Part shown: positions 25,701-37,458 of the stretch, in pieces | How positions within the stretch are numbered: the first letter of the stretch is position 1 | Layout of the letters: each line of letters starts with the position of its first letter | Assembly (NCBI RefSeq): GCF_003704095.1 | Contig: NW_020845131.1 | Coordinates: 124,001 to 188,000, forward strand | Length of the DNA stretch: 64,000 nt | Reading direction: 5' to 3' | Source: Pocillopora damicornis | Lineage: Eukaryota | Translations under genes and position numbers: made by a program | Notes under the pieces: generated by a model | Database searches by the model: none | What the model was told of the DNA's origin: nothing | What the model saw: only the letters and a program-made list of their open reading frames with translations

Positions 25701-28700
25701 ATGTTAAACAAGTTAACAGAGGAACAACGTGAAAACTTTTATGTTAAAAGGACCACAAATGTATTAATGATTCTTTAAGTAAACGTTTATACCAGTGACA
25801 AAGGAGGCTGCTTATTAAATTGAAATAAATTTTCGTAAGCTGCCATCGCATCTTCCTGTTCGGGGTATTCTTACACCAGGTGTACGGGAAGTTACGAGTA
25901 CAATTTTTTGTTCTCGGATGACATTGGAAGTTTACTACGGAAAATTCGGGTAACAATATATCTTAAACGTACCGTGCTTTTGAGTTTGTTGAATTTGAAT
26001 TTGACAGATGGTAAATTGAAAAGCTTTTAACATAGCGCAAGCTTCACGTAATTCTATACCTATCCACCAGTACAGTCTAATGGATGAAGCCCCTCCCTCG
26101 AAATATTTAGCCGTTGAATCGGTAACTACATTTATGCAACAAAGAAAAGTTCTGTCATCTAGTTGTTCAGATCACGCTTACTTCCTCGAGGTCTGTGACC
26201 GTATCTTTGCCTCGTGGTAGATACCCTTGATTTCTTTTGCGCCAACAACAGTTCAAGTACATCGACGGGTTCAAGGTATGACAGAGATTTCCTCCAATTA
26301 ACAATTATTTGTCAAATCCACGTATAAGAAGTGCGAGCCTAAACTAACCTTGTATGCTGAATCTCCCATATGATCCACGCCATCTCTCACAGTTTAAGAC
26401 AATTTCACTGATTTTGAATCTAATCTATTTTCAATGTTACACTGGATCAATTTTAGCCGATTACGAAATAAGAAATCATCTCGTCTAATTTATCAAAATA
26501 GGTTTAAACACTTGTTCAAAAGAGGTTTTCGGTTGCCCTCGATCGCCTTGTACCAAAATGAAATCTGACATTCAAAGAGGCTTTATTGTAACATCATGTA
26601 CGCTGTTAAAATCCACATCGCATCGCTACATTTAGTTAACAAATGACAACATATTGGGGTTTTAAAGTTCCTGTTTACTTTCTGATGTAAAACATAATTT
26701 ACCATAAATTTTACTTCGACGGATTTTTTAAAAGTCAATTCGATCGAAAACAATGCTATGTGTTGCAACTTAATTTTCAGTTATTTGTATGAAGTCTTAA
26801 TGCTTCAAAGACAGCTTTAAGCAACGCAGCATTTCTAAACCCATACAATATCAAGTTAGTTTGTTTCCCAAGCTAGTTATTTTTTCTACTTATAATTGGG
26901 CAGCTTTAGGAAAACACAAATTATTGTTTCCTGGTTAATATTTTAACAATATTTCGTAAATTAGTCAGCTCTCCTTGCGAAATATCATCAACTCTTTGTA
27001 CAAGTATGCAGTGCTGCAGATTCTGTGGCGCCTAGTGTTGTCTCCGAGTCTTGTTTTTTAATTTTATATACTGACATGTGAAAAGTTCCGTCGCTTTTTC
27101 CACATCACCTATAAGCTTCTTAAATAGTTTCTGGCTCTAGATTCATAATTATAACTAACCTTCTAGAAACTGTTAGTCTGATTGTTAGAAGTTGTATCTG
27201 TAAATTTAAATTCTTTAAAAAAAAGAATTGATTCCAAGAAAATATTTGTTTGACAACAACAACAAATGGAAACATCGCGAACTTTTTTTCTTCAAATATC
27301 CGTGTACCACGAAAACAACATTCTGTAGTCAAAAAAAAAGTTGAGTATTTCAAGAAACGGACTGTCATGAACAACCCAGAACTCTGTTTCAAAATTTTTA
27401 CTTATTTTATTGAGACTCAAGCTCTAAAAACACTGTTTAAAATTGAATTTTTTTTGCCAGTTATCAGATTACAGGATGTTTTAGCGCCCAGACAAATGTT
27501 CAACTAATGATATATACGAACAATGAAAAGGGCCAAGGTACTCGAAGTTTCACTTGTTCACCTCGTAAAGTAAATTGTAGTCATTCCTGAAAAATATCGT
27601 GAAGTCAAGACTATGCAGGTACGGCTATTCAACAAAGAGAAGTAGAAATTTTGGTACAATGTCTCCTAAACACGTCTCTGCTCAAAAAGATTCAAATTTG
27701 TTTTATACTTTCCAGCCTTTATCGTATTTCTTCTGCACGGTTAAATTTTTGGCTTCCCATATGATATAGGATAAGATTTTTTTTTATCAAAAATGACTCC
27801 TTTTGAAACAATATACTAATCCTGAGTTCGACTGAGACAAAAGATAGCCATTAAGGGTAGAGTTATCGGAAAACTGTAGCAAAACACAAACAACAACAAA
27901 AAAAGAAGTAGAATAACAGAAAAGACGACAGTCAATCGGTATTGCGAAAGGAATTTCTTAGCTGGCTGGAAAGTTCTCTATTATGGAAATTTCCTTTAAA
28001 AATGGTCCAATTGTTCCCCAAACTTTCAATAAGATGACATTTTATTTCCGTATAAAGTTTGTTTGTCAAACTCTCGGTATTGACTAATTGTCTATTCATT
28101 ACTTGGCTTAACGTGAGGATTAGGTAAAAACAACTTAAAAAACGAGATACAAAATGAAACAAGAAAGTGGAAAACAACAAATTCAGTTGAGTCATTCATT
28201 TTCAAGAAGTCGTGTATAATGTTTCAAAGAAATATCAGTTTGGTTCAACTACTGTGGCTGGAGTCCGTATTTGAACTTATTAAGTAGTAATATCTATGAT
28301 ATTTTTGTGTTTTCTTTAGGACCTCTTTGCAATAGGAGCCTTTCTCAGCTGTTTTTATTGATCTAACCGCAGTCCATTTAAAGAGTCGAAAAGTGTTCTT
28401 AATCTTCACAGCTTCAAGGCTTTTTCAAACAATACTTCTTGATTTTGACTTGTAAAACACCCGTTTTCTGTTATTAAGTATACAAACTTAAGAGTTTTAT
28501 CCGTAATCAAGGGTGTTTACTGGTCAGAATTATTCAGGCGTGTTTGTTTTTCACTAGATTTTCACATCTAGCTCTCCTCTAAGGTTTTTTTTCTACACTT
28601 TAGGACAGGTTTCACATCGAAATAGGGAATATGCTAAGTAACTCTTAACACATTTGTTCTGATCCTATATCTACTCTGTACTTATCAAGAATCAATACTG

Positions 28701-28987
28701 TAAACAATTATGCTGTGTCATTTACTGATAAACATCAATGTTCATTAAAATCATTAGGCATAAAAAATGACCATCTTCTTTTTGGTACGGTGAATAATTG
28801 TTTCTTAAGCCAATTTTGGATACGATCTTAAGCAATTATAACAGTGCTTCACATCTAAAGAGGAATGACTGATAAGTCTACCTGAGCAGTTTACAATTTT
28901 TTTTATTTCCCTGTAATGGGACTTCACAGATGAGGTTAGACTTCCCCTCTTACAATCTCTCTTTATCTTTTTTTATAGTTCAGAATT

Positions 28988-29315
28988 ATGAGTGACACCA
29001 AAGAGGAGCCCGAAAATCAAGAAGAGGAAGAGACCAGCACTTCTTCTACTCTTCATCACAGAGTTCCGAAATGTGCTCGCTGTCGCACGCATGGCACAGT
29101 TTCTTGGCTCAAGGGTCACAAACATTATTGCCGTTGGAGGGACTGCACTTGTGCAAAGTGCCAACTTATTACCGAGAGACAGCGAGTGACCGCCGCACGT
29201 GTTGCCTTACTGAGACAGCAGAGAAAAGGAGCTGAGTTGAGGGCAAAATATCAAAGAGAACTGGAAAACGCCCGGTTGACGTACTCCATGGTGTTTCAAA
29301 CCAACGGATTAGCTG
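28988..29315 (+). CDS. DMRT: Dmrt (doublesex/mab-3-related, DMA-containing) transcription factor, coding exon 1 (DM domain)
   Basis: [50 protein letters not shown] is a DM domain with all Cys/His zinc ligands. Donor AGCTG|GTAGG at 29315/29316, phase 1. Confidence 0.95.
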
Positions 29316-29500
29316 GTAGGGCCAATTTCCATTTTCGTATTTCCCTTCCCTTTATTCGCAACTTTCATTCTCCTCTTACTTTATTTTAGCTGCTTTGCCC
29401 CGTGAAAATTTTTTCATCAACCTTTTTCAAATTGTCATGATGATATTTAATATGCTAAGCCTGAATTTGCCTCTAAAAACACTTTCAATCGATTTTCTAG

Positions 29501-29599
29501 GATTCCCAAGCAGCCATCGACACCATTTTTATCACCATGCACCTCAAGCAGAGATTGGTCATCTGGAACCAAGGATAACGGAAATTAGACCACAAGCTG
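29501..29599 (+). CDS. DMRT: Dmrt coding exon 2 (99 nt, His-rich linker)
   Basis: Acceptor TTTTCTAG|GA and donor AGCTG|GTAGG, phase 1-1. Reads GFPSSHRHHFYHHAPQAEIGHLEPRITEIRPQA. Confidence 0.75.
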
Positions 29600-29750
29600 G
29601 TAGGCCATAACAGTTTTCATTTGGATTGTCGTTATTTCTAGCTCTTTCATAAGGGATTTCCTTGGCAATTCCCTTCTCTAAACACCACTTTTTCCGAACT
29701 GACAACCAAAAAGCAGTGCTTTTTACAGTGTTTTCGTTGTTTGAGCTGTT

Positions 29751-29850
29751 NNNNNNNNNNNNNNNNNNNNNNNNNNNNNNNNNNNNNNNNNNNNNNNNNN
29801 NNNNNNNNNNNNNNNNNNNNNNNNNNNNNNNNNNNNNNNNNNNNNNNNNN
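29751..29850. other. Assembly gap (100 N) inside Dmrt intron 2
   Basis: Run of exactly 100 N, typical of a gap of unknown size. Confidence 0.99.
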
Positions 29851-29927
29851 GCACTTGTTAATTTTTTCAAAGACCACAAATTGCACTCGCCCTACGGGCT
29901 CGTGTCGGCAATTTTGTTAGTCTTTAA

Positions 29928-29963
<36 letters not shown>

Positions 29964-29985
29964 TCGAAATCATGAGATTACCTAT
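29851..29985. mobile_element. Palindromic foldback/MITE-like repeat abutting the gap
   Basis: GCACTTGTTAATTTTTTCAAAGAC..AAATTGCAC pairs with GCAATTTT..GTCTTTAAAAAAATTTACTCGTGC around GCCCTACGGGC, giving a ~93-nt hairpin (29851-29943). Confidence 0.6.
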
Positions 29986-30084
29986 AAAAAACACGATTTT
30001 TTTTATTATATATTTCAAGAGACCAATCGAAATACCGGACACCGAAAGCAGAAGCTATGCACTCAATTATACTTTTGTCTTCAG

Positions 30085-30875
30085 GTACAGAACCTCTGAA
30101 GCGGTGCGGCTCAGTCTCGGAGGATGAAGAAGAAGAGAGAACCAGCCCCAAAAGAATTGCCCTCTCCCCAGACCTCGAAGTTAAACCAGAACCTCGCGAG
30201 CATACTGAAAAAGGTGTCCACACCAGTTCCGCCGAGGAAAGAAAAACTCCTGATCATTCTGTCGACCAAAATATAAATCCAAACCATAAATACCTACTGG
30301 AAAACTTTCATGAAAGGCCTCATGATTTCAGATATCCAAGGATTTCAAAAGAGCTAAGTATGCTGTCTCTAAGGCATCCACCAATGGAATTACTTGGCAA
30401 GCTGTTTCCTCACCATAACAAGGGCACACTGGAGCTCATTCTTCAGAGTTGCCATGGCAGCGTAGTAGAAAGCATTGAGCTATTGTTGTCCTCTCAAGAA
30501 TCAAGAAGCAATAATATGTCAGCGTTGGCTGGATGCGGCCTTCCTACAGCTAATCACGCTCCTCCCTTCCTGCATGGTCCAATGACTCGAAACGTCATAA
30601 CGAGACCGTTGCCCAGCACGCATGCATGTTCGCCTTCAAGAATTTACCCACCATCACCACTTCCGCCGCCGTTGCTCGTGAAACCTAAACCGGAAATGGC
30701 AATCAAGTTTTCTTCTATGCCGCATAACCCTTACGGTGGCGATTCTAGGCTAGGAGAGCGGGCCTGTGGGCTTCCTTTAAGCCGTTTTTGTAGCAGGTGT
30801 GGTCACAAGATAAACATGTTTGACAAGTTTTGTGCCCACTGTGGAAAGGTTCTAAATGAAGCAACTGGTCTTTAA
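30085..30875 (+). CDS. DMRT: Dmrt coding exon 3 (DMA domain, Pro-rich region, C-terminal zinc ribbon)
   Basis: Acceptor CTTTTGTCTTCAG|GT, phase 1. PPMELLGKLFPHHNKGTLELILQSCHGSVVESIELLL is a DMA domain, and FCSRCG..FCAHCG is a zinc ribbon. Stop TAA 30873-30875. Spliced CDS 1218 nt (405 aa). Confidence 0.9.
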
Positions 30876-32196
30876 ATCAAAAGCCACCCTGCCAGACCAT
30901 GCATGTAGAATTGATGATATCATGGAGACAGAACTTAAATAAGATTTTAAATAATAGAGTAACTGACCAAGTATGTGTTGAAGTAGAGGACGAATTTCAA
31001 TAACGATTTCGTATAATTTCTAAAAAAGCCTAATATAGACAGAAAAGAATGTAATTAAGTACTGCCGCGTGACTTCTAGCCTATTAGTGAAACGTTATAA
31101 AGAACAACAACAGTGAGGAGGCTATCTAATATAATGAGTTATCAAAAGTTAACGATAGTTTAACCCAATTGAAACTGGCATTTCAAAACCTCTTATTTTG
31201 TTGTGCATTTTAGTATACATATCCACGACTCCTATTTTTGAACAATTCTTTATAGTAAATTCCTATGTTTTCCGTTATTATTTAAAACAACCTACCAGTA
31301 TTTTTAACTCAGAGCCTCTTTTCCCAAATTTGATTGGACGGAAAGGAAAGACGAGAGTTACGGCCTTGATACTTCTTAATTTCACAACATTCTAGGGGAG
31401 GAGAAAGGCGGGTTTAACTGAAAACTTACTGATCTATATATAATTTACATTTATCTTGGATCATATTTTTAAGGGACGCAACACTGTTTAAGTGGAAAGG
31501 CTATCACTGGGTGGTGGGTAACTTAGGTCTGGCGTTTACATGATTAGTAGGGTTTGATAAGATGGAAGTTGTTATAGAATGAATTATTAAGGTAACGAAA
31601 ATTTCCTAGTATTTGTTTCCGAGTTTACCGTAATGTAAGGAATTTTGTACCATGAGATCCTCGCCTAGAAATAATTAAGGAAGCTGGGGAGACAGAAAGA
31701 AGTTAGAAAGGTATTTGCGATAATTTAAAGTACACTGTCAATTTCAGCGATTTTGTTGTTTTTGTTCTTCTCCCTAACATGATTTCTTTTTCAGTATTCA
31801 TTATCCTAATCTAGCCGGAAGTGGACTAACATTATCAGTTTCAGCTCCTAAGATGTGAAGGAGGAAAGTGCGTTTTGTGGAAGTTTTCGAATTCAGCAAA
31901 CTTCCTGAGGAGAATTCATATTTAAAAAAGATCACCACAGATATTTAGAATGGAAAGAAAAATTTATAGAAATAACATGATAGACTGCATAACAATAACA
32001 AAGAAAATGATGAGAGTATTAGTCACAAGATAGAATTTTATGGCATCAGATTAATAAAATGAAATTGTAAAAAAAACGAGTGGATACTTTTGATTAGGTG
32101 CTTGAAATTAACCTTGAAAAGAGTTTATTACTTTTTTCAAAATGCCAGGAGAATATTTTTCACAACTAAATAAGGCGCGGCGGTAAATATTCTGTA

Positions 32197-32500
32197 TTAT
32201 TTATATGGCAATGTAGTCCTGAGAAAAATCCGAGCGTTCTGATTGGTTCTTAATTGGTCGGTATTTTGCCCTACAGACTGTTTCCTCGGAAGGCCATGCA
32301 TTCTTGTTTGTGAAAACCGGCGAATTGAAAATAAACAAGTATGGTCCCAGTGCCATATCATAAATAACTTACTTACCTCGCCTGCTCGATGCACTGAGGA
32401 ATATTGGTCTTCGGTCTTTTTTGTATTGAACTCACTTGGTCCTTACTGCCACGACTTCGAGTCAATATTCCCCAGAACGGCCCTCACGTTTGGTTGGTTG
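32197..32500. mobile_element. Degenerate non-autonomous repeat with subterminal inverted repeats and a 3' hairpin
   Basis: TTATTTATATGGCA (32197-32210) is inverted relative to TGCCATATCATAAATAA (32351-32367). A second hairpin, AATATTGGTCTTCGGTC..GACTTCGAGTCAATATT, lies at ~32400-32469. Confidence 0.5.
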
Positions 32501-32984
32501 GAAGTTAACCCATGATGATTTATGAATTAAGAGTGCCTTTCATTTAAAATCATCACAAGTCAAGAATTCCTGTATATCCAGATTGTGTGACAAAGAAAGT
32601 TTCTGAATACGAAAGTGAACTACTGCTTGGTAGTCTTATTTGGGTGGTCAGAGATTAGAAGGTTTGATCACCATAACGCACATGAAAATACTATTCAGTT
32701 GCAGATAAAGATCATACAATCGTTGTTCAAGCACCCTGCTTATAATGAATAAAAGTTACAAAGGAGTTGATACTACTTGTAGTCCAAATAGACTGTTAAA
32801 AGCATTTAACATGAGAGGGCAAAGCAAGGCGAAATCAAGACCAGAAAAAAAGGCTTACCCATCATATCGCTGGGCTGTTGACTAAATGAACTTTGCATTG
32901 CACTAGACACGCGGCAGTTTGGCGAAATAAACACATGAAATGTACAACATTATTATAAAATGTTTTTAAATTCTTTCGAAATTC

Positions 32985-33223
32985 TAACGCATGCAACTTT
33001 TCAACGCAACATCCTGCAACATTGTTGCGCGCAATGTGTTGCACACGTTTGGCCAACCTGTAACAACATGTTGCAATATGTTGGATAGTGTTGGATCAAG
33101 TTTGAAAATGGTCAAATTTTTGTTGCAACAGTTTTGGATGTCCTTCGCAACATCTCACAACACGATTCAAAAATTTTGTAAGATGTTGTGTTGAAATGTT
33201 GCGTGCGTTTGGCCGGGCCTTAA
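32985..33223. mobile_element. GCAACA/TGTTGC-rich palindromic MITE, left terminus eroded
   Basis: AACGCATGCAACTTTTCAACGCAACATC mirrors GATGTTGTGTTGAAATGTTGCGTGCGTT. The element ends GGCCGGGCCTTAA. Confidence 0.7.
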
Positions 33224-33944
33224 ACTTGAAGGAGATGGCAATCATGCACGCCTAGGAACGCCTAGGACCATGACCCCACTTTTGGCAACCAAGAACGGCT
33301 TGCATTTTAAGACTCGGGCTTTCCTACGGAAGCTCGAGTAATTACTTATCCATTGGCACATTTACTTTATTTTGCTTTTTTATTTCTTCTCTATGTAATT
33401 CTTATCTATTCCTTTCTCGCAACAACACAACTCACAATAGACCACTGAGCTGATCTTGTTTGTTACGCAGAAATCTGACCACATTCACTAATCTAGCTGC
33501 TCTGAACTCTTACTTCGGCACTCCTATTAAAATTAAACTGTTATATGGACTTCTGGAGTTTTTTTTTATTGTAATAAATTAACGGTTTCGCTGCCTTTAG
33601 CAATCCGCCACTACATGTGACATATGGCTTCCCACTAATTGTATCGTGAAGGAACAATTGAAGTCTTCAGTCTTCTGAGTATTATTAGACCCCCGAAAGC
33701 CGGACTGGATAAGTATTTTTCCACAATTTATCGCCTTAAAAAAGATTAAAAAGGGTAAGATTTTGGCGGGGGAGAAAAGAAAGCAGTAAACCAAATGCAC
33801 CGCCAAAAGTAAAGGTTAATCTTTACGTGAACACAGAAGGAGAAATGAAACACAGGGGAAAAAAAAAGCACAGACATAAGACGATCCTTTTTGGTAAAGG
33901 ATACACATGTGTGGCCACCTCGTCTACAAGGCGCTTTCTCTTTT

Positions 33945-34181
33945 TATCACATGCGCGGCAAAATAACTGAATGCTGATTAACTGAAGCAGAGGGCATTTT
34001 TTCTTAATTGGTAATCAAGAGGGCATGATTACTCGATGCTGATTGAGCCTTTGATTTATTGATTTCAATTTAACTAAGTGAAGCCGTGTAACGTTGTCAA
34101 CTCGGGCCTCTTATCGGAAAACTTTGAAAATACAAGTGAAATCAATCCTTAAGTGCCCTCGGGCCTATTTCATTACATATG
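33945..34181. repeat. Interspersed repeat remnant
   Basis: Repeated GAGGGCA and ATGCTGATT units and a terminal TGCCCTCGGGCC. Resembles a common coral repeat (recollection). Confidence 0.4.
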
Positions 34182-35136
34182 CAAATCGACGGGTCACGGT
34201 CCTGTCAATGCTAACCGAATACCGAGCCATCTTTCTTTTCGTTTGATTTCTCGGTGAGAATAATTGGTACTTAGATGATTCGGAGTGGGGTTTGGAAAAA
34301 GAGCACCATAGTGATTCATGTGTAGGATGGAAACTCAGTAAAGAGAAGCGAAGAAGCCAAGCTCACAGACGTGTGCTCACGATTTTTTTTTGAGAATTGT
34401 AAGAAGATGCCTTTTGAAATTGAACGATCAGCGAGACATTTTTGACAGCGATAATTTCATGTTCTGGATAAAAAAAATGTGTTTAAAAATACAGAAACCG
34501 TATAACGACTAGACTGTAGGTTATCCGTGCCACAACTGAGATAGAAAGACTGAGAGGCATTTCAAAAGAGGAACTTAAACAATTGGACCAAGTTGAGGGC
34601 TTACAAGTCAGGCCTTCGACAAATGCGAAAAATCTTGACATTATACGAATAAAATCACGTTTTTAATTTGTAACGTTTATTTTTTTAACTGAAATGGGAT
34701 GATTTCGTGCGAATTTCCTTTTCTTACTGTTGATAAGTCTATTATCAGATCGCGGAGTTCATTGTTTCAACTAAGAAGATTTATCTTATCAAGGGTTCAG
34801 AGAGAGGTAAGCTAACCCACGATTATTGCACTTTCAGGAATTCTCGCCAATCCGGTTTACGGTGAAAGAATTTTCTCCTTTATCAGGTTTACTTTCATAC
34901 GTTAGTCCCAGTCGGCTGGGTTTCGATAGTAGCCTGCACGTACTGTCTCCTCCCCCCTTCCCCTCCGCCCTTTATTGCGTGGGGCAAATTGTGTAAATGA
35001 AGTCGGCTAGTAGTAATTTTCAAATCGGAAGGAATACACGTAATGACAAACAATATCCTACTTTTTATCATCATTAATAATTTCTTGTTTTTGGTTTGCT
35101 TTTTGAAAATATCCATGATCGTAAACGCGCTGTACC

Positions 35137-35181
35137 AAAATGGCACACGTGACATAGCGTGAGCTAGACATGCATATATAA
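35137..35181 (+). promoter_or_regulatory. Candidate core promoter of the myotrophin-like gene
   Basis: AAAATGGC (YY1-like, 35137-35144), CACGTGAC E-box (35146-35153) and TATATAA (35175-35181), ~90 bp upstream of the ATG. GC-box CTCCGCCC near 34963. Confidence 0.4.
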
Positions 35182-35270
35182 CGAGCAGTGTTTAAGCAGT
35201 TGACGACTTGTTGTTTGGATTTGACCACGAGTGATATTCTTGAAGAGTAAATCATTTTGAAGGAGCAGAC

Positions 35271-35339
35271 ATGAGCATCTTAGTCACAGCGCTAAGATCA
35301 GGCAATTTAGAAGTCGTGAAAGAGAAATTCTCTCGACCC
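35271..35339 (+). CDS. MTPN: Myotrophin/V-1-like ankyrin-repeat protein, exon 1
   Basis: ATG..MSILVTALRSGNLEVVKEKFSRP|GTGAGT, 69 nt, phase 0. Aligns with myotrophin ALKNGDLDEVK. Confidence 0.8.
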
Positions 35340-35693
35340 GTGAGTAAAATGATTTGTTTCGTTTTGGATTTTCTGTTTCATTCTGAGGTTTGACACCTTA
35401 TCTGTGAAACACGATTTGAAGAGCCGAAATAACAGAGATAAAAGCTGTAACTGTCTATAATCTGAAGATTTGAGTGTTTTGGAACAGTGTACGTCTTGCT
35501 GTGAACAAATTGTGCTAAATGTGATATCCTAGTTAACTTAATCTTTTTGATAACTTTTCACCAAGCAATTGGTATGTCCACCGTATTAGAATGCATCGAA
35601 GGCGTCGTTGTCAATCCATAATCACCCACCTACAGGATTAAGAATATCTTATTGCTGGCCATGATAGTCAGTCTTGCCTCTTTCTTCTTTCAG

Positions 35694-35807
35694 GGAAGTC
35701 AGGTAAACACGCCAATTCAACATGGACGCAGTCCTCTTCACATTGCCGTACAAGCTCAAAAGCTGGACGTTATAAAGTATCTTGTATCGAAAGGAGCGGA
35801 TGTCAAC
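35694..35807 (+). CDS. MTPN: Myotrophin-like, exon 2 (ankyrin repeat)
   Basis: TTTCTTCTTTCAG|GSQVNTPIQHGRSPLHIAVQAQKLDVIKYLVSKGADVN|GTAAGT, 114 nt, phase 0-0. Confidence 0.9.
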
Positions 35808-37374
35808 GTAAGTTATTTACTCGAGCTCATTTACGAAGCTTCAAAGAGACTGATTTTGAAATAATGGCAACCTCTTCAGGTGCTGTCTACCATGACGCGG
35901 TCTTTTTGCCAATTGAACTAATGAATGAACTGATTCAGTAATGATAACTTAACAAGTCGCCCTTCTTCAAAATCATAGTAATACCTGGATTGAATGAAAA
36001 CATCCCAGAGACGACAAAAACAACACTGTTATTGATCTTCAAGGGTGCCACAACCACGAATTTGACAGCTTAAAGTCCTTCCATAATTTTCATTTTATTC
36101 AACGAAAGACCTTTCGACCTTTGAAATGAAACCCCATTGTTTCAATTTGAATACAAATCTATTAGGGTGACCAACTAAATCAACTGAAAAAGGAAAAACA
36201 AAAATGGTTCATATCAGTGATTGATTTAAACGATCGCCTAATGCCGGAGATAAAGTCAATGTCATCGTGTGTGTGGACTAAAATACGTTCTTTCATTGAG
36301 TGACGTCATATTATAGTTCAAGTGAAGCTCCCTGTTTATTGACATATTTAATCCAGAGGCAACCTTTCTTAGCAGTGAAGAGTCAATGATGGATAAACAA
36401 TATTTTTTGTGAATAACTTTAACCTTAAGTCTTTCTAGATGTATAATTCCAATATGTAGCCACATTCCCGCGTTGCACCCTAATTTCTAGAAAGGCGTGA
36501 AACTATTGATCTTTCACATAACATCACGAACACCGGAAAATTTCACACGAACCAAGTTACTTTACTTCAAAATGTACGTGACTGAAATCTTTTAAAGTTT
36601 TCTCACGCAAGAGCGTGGAGTTAGCTTTTTGTCAAATGGAAATAGACGTGCTTCGAGGAAATTTCAGGTTCAAAGCTTTATCCAGTCGGAGTACGCTGTT
36701 GATAATTTACTGTCCGAGACACGGAAATCATAATGAAATGAAAACGTGAAGTTCAAGTAACGAGTAATGTTTAGAGGATACGGAGAGAATAAAGATCATA
36801 GCAAATGAAATGGGAGATTTATGGTAAGTGTAACATGTCCGCAGAAGTATATTAGATTATCTTAAGGAAACGAAAAATTTAATGACGGAAAAAACTTAAA
36901 TAACGAATTAGTTCCCCCTACATTCGGCCTCTTACAATTTACACCTTAATATAAGCAGGGGCGATTTCCTGAGTGTGCATTGGAGAATACATGGATGAAT
37001 TTCGTACCTTGAATTTCAAACATGAAGAAAATTTCAAATGTTGGAATGTGCTTCTGCAAGAAAGATTCCGTAAATAAGATTTTTTTCAACGGATTAAAAT
37101 TTGTAAAGTCGAAAATATGAATACTATGACGGCATCAGTTCTTTGCTCTCTTCTCCTCGCATGGACCTACTACATCTCAGATTAGTTTTGGGGTATTGAG
37201 GTGGAAAAGACTTAGTTTCCTTTCCTATTTATATTAGATTCAGTCAAATGTATGTGCATGAGTGGAGAAATAAGTAACTTAATAAGAGCTTTAAACATTT
37301 GTACTAACAGCTTTATATACTTATATATGCAATACACATCTTGCTAAAAATATTTAGGTTTTTTTCTTCCCCAG

Positions 37375-37458
37375 TTAGCTGACGAGGATGAGTGTTCTCC
37401 ATTGTACTACGCAGTTATGAATGAGAACAGCAATCTTGTGGAGTATTTGCTGCAAATG
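37375..37458 (+). CDS. MTPN: Myotrophin-like, exon 3 (ankyrin repeat)
   Basis: TTTTCTTCCCCAG|LADEDECSPLYYAVMNENSNLVEYLLQM|GTAATG, 84 nt, phase 0-0. Confidence 0.88.

Noticed and set aside
17000-28900. Short ORFs (60-125 aa) between the candidate pseudogene and Dmrt
   Set aside because: Mostly non-ATG starts, AT-biased F/L/K/I composition, no recognisable domains and no consistent exon chains.
29316-29389. ORF-track continuation of the DM ORF to a stop at 29389 (133-aa protein)
   Set aside because: Read-through into intron 1. The spliced model joins DM to DMA in frame.
29559-30099. ORFs spanning the N run
   Set aside because: Artefacts of translating through the assembly gap and adjacent repeat.
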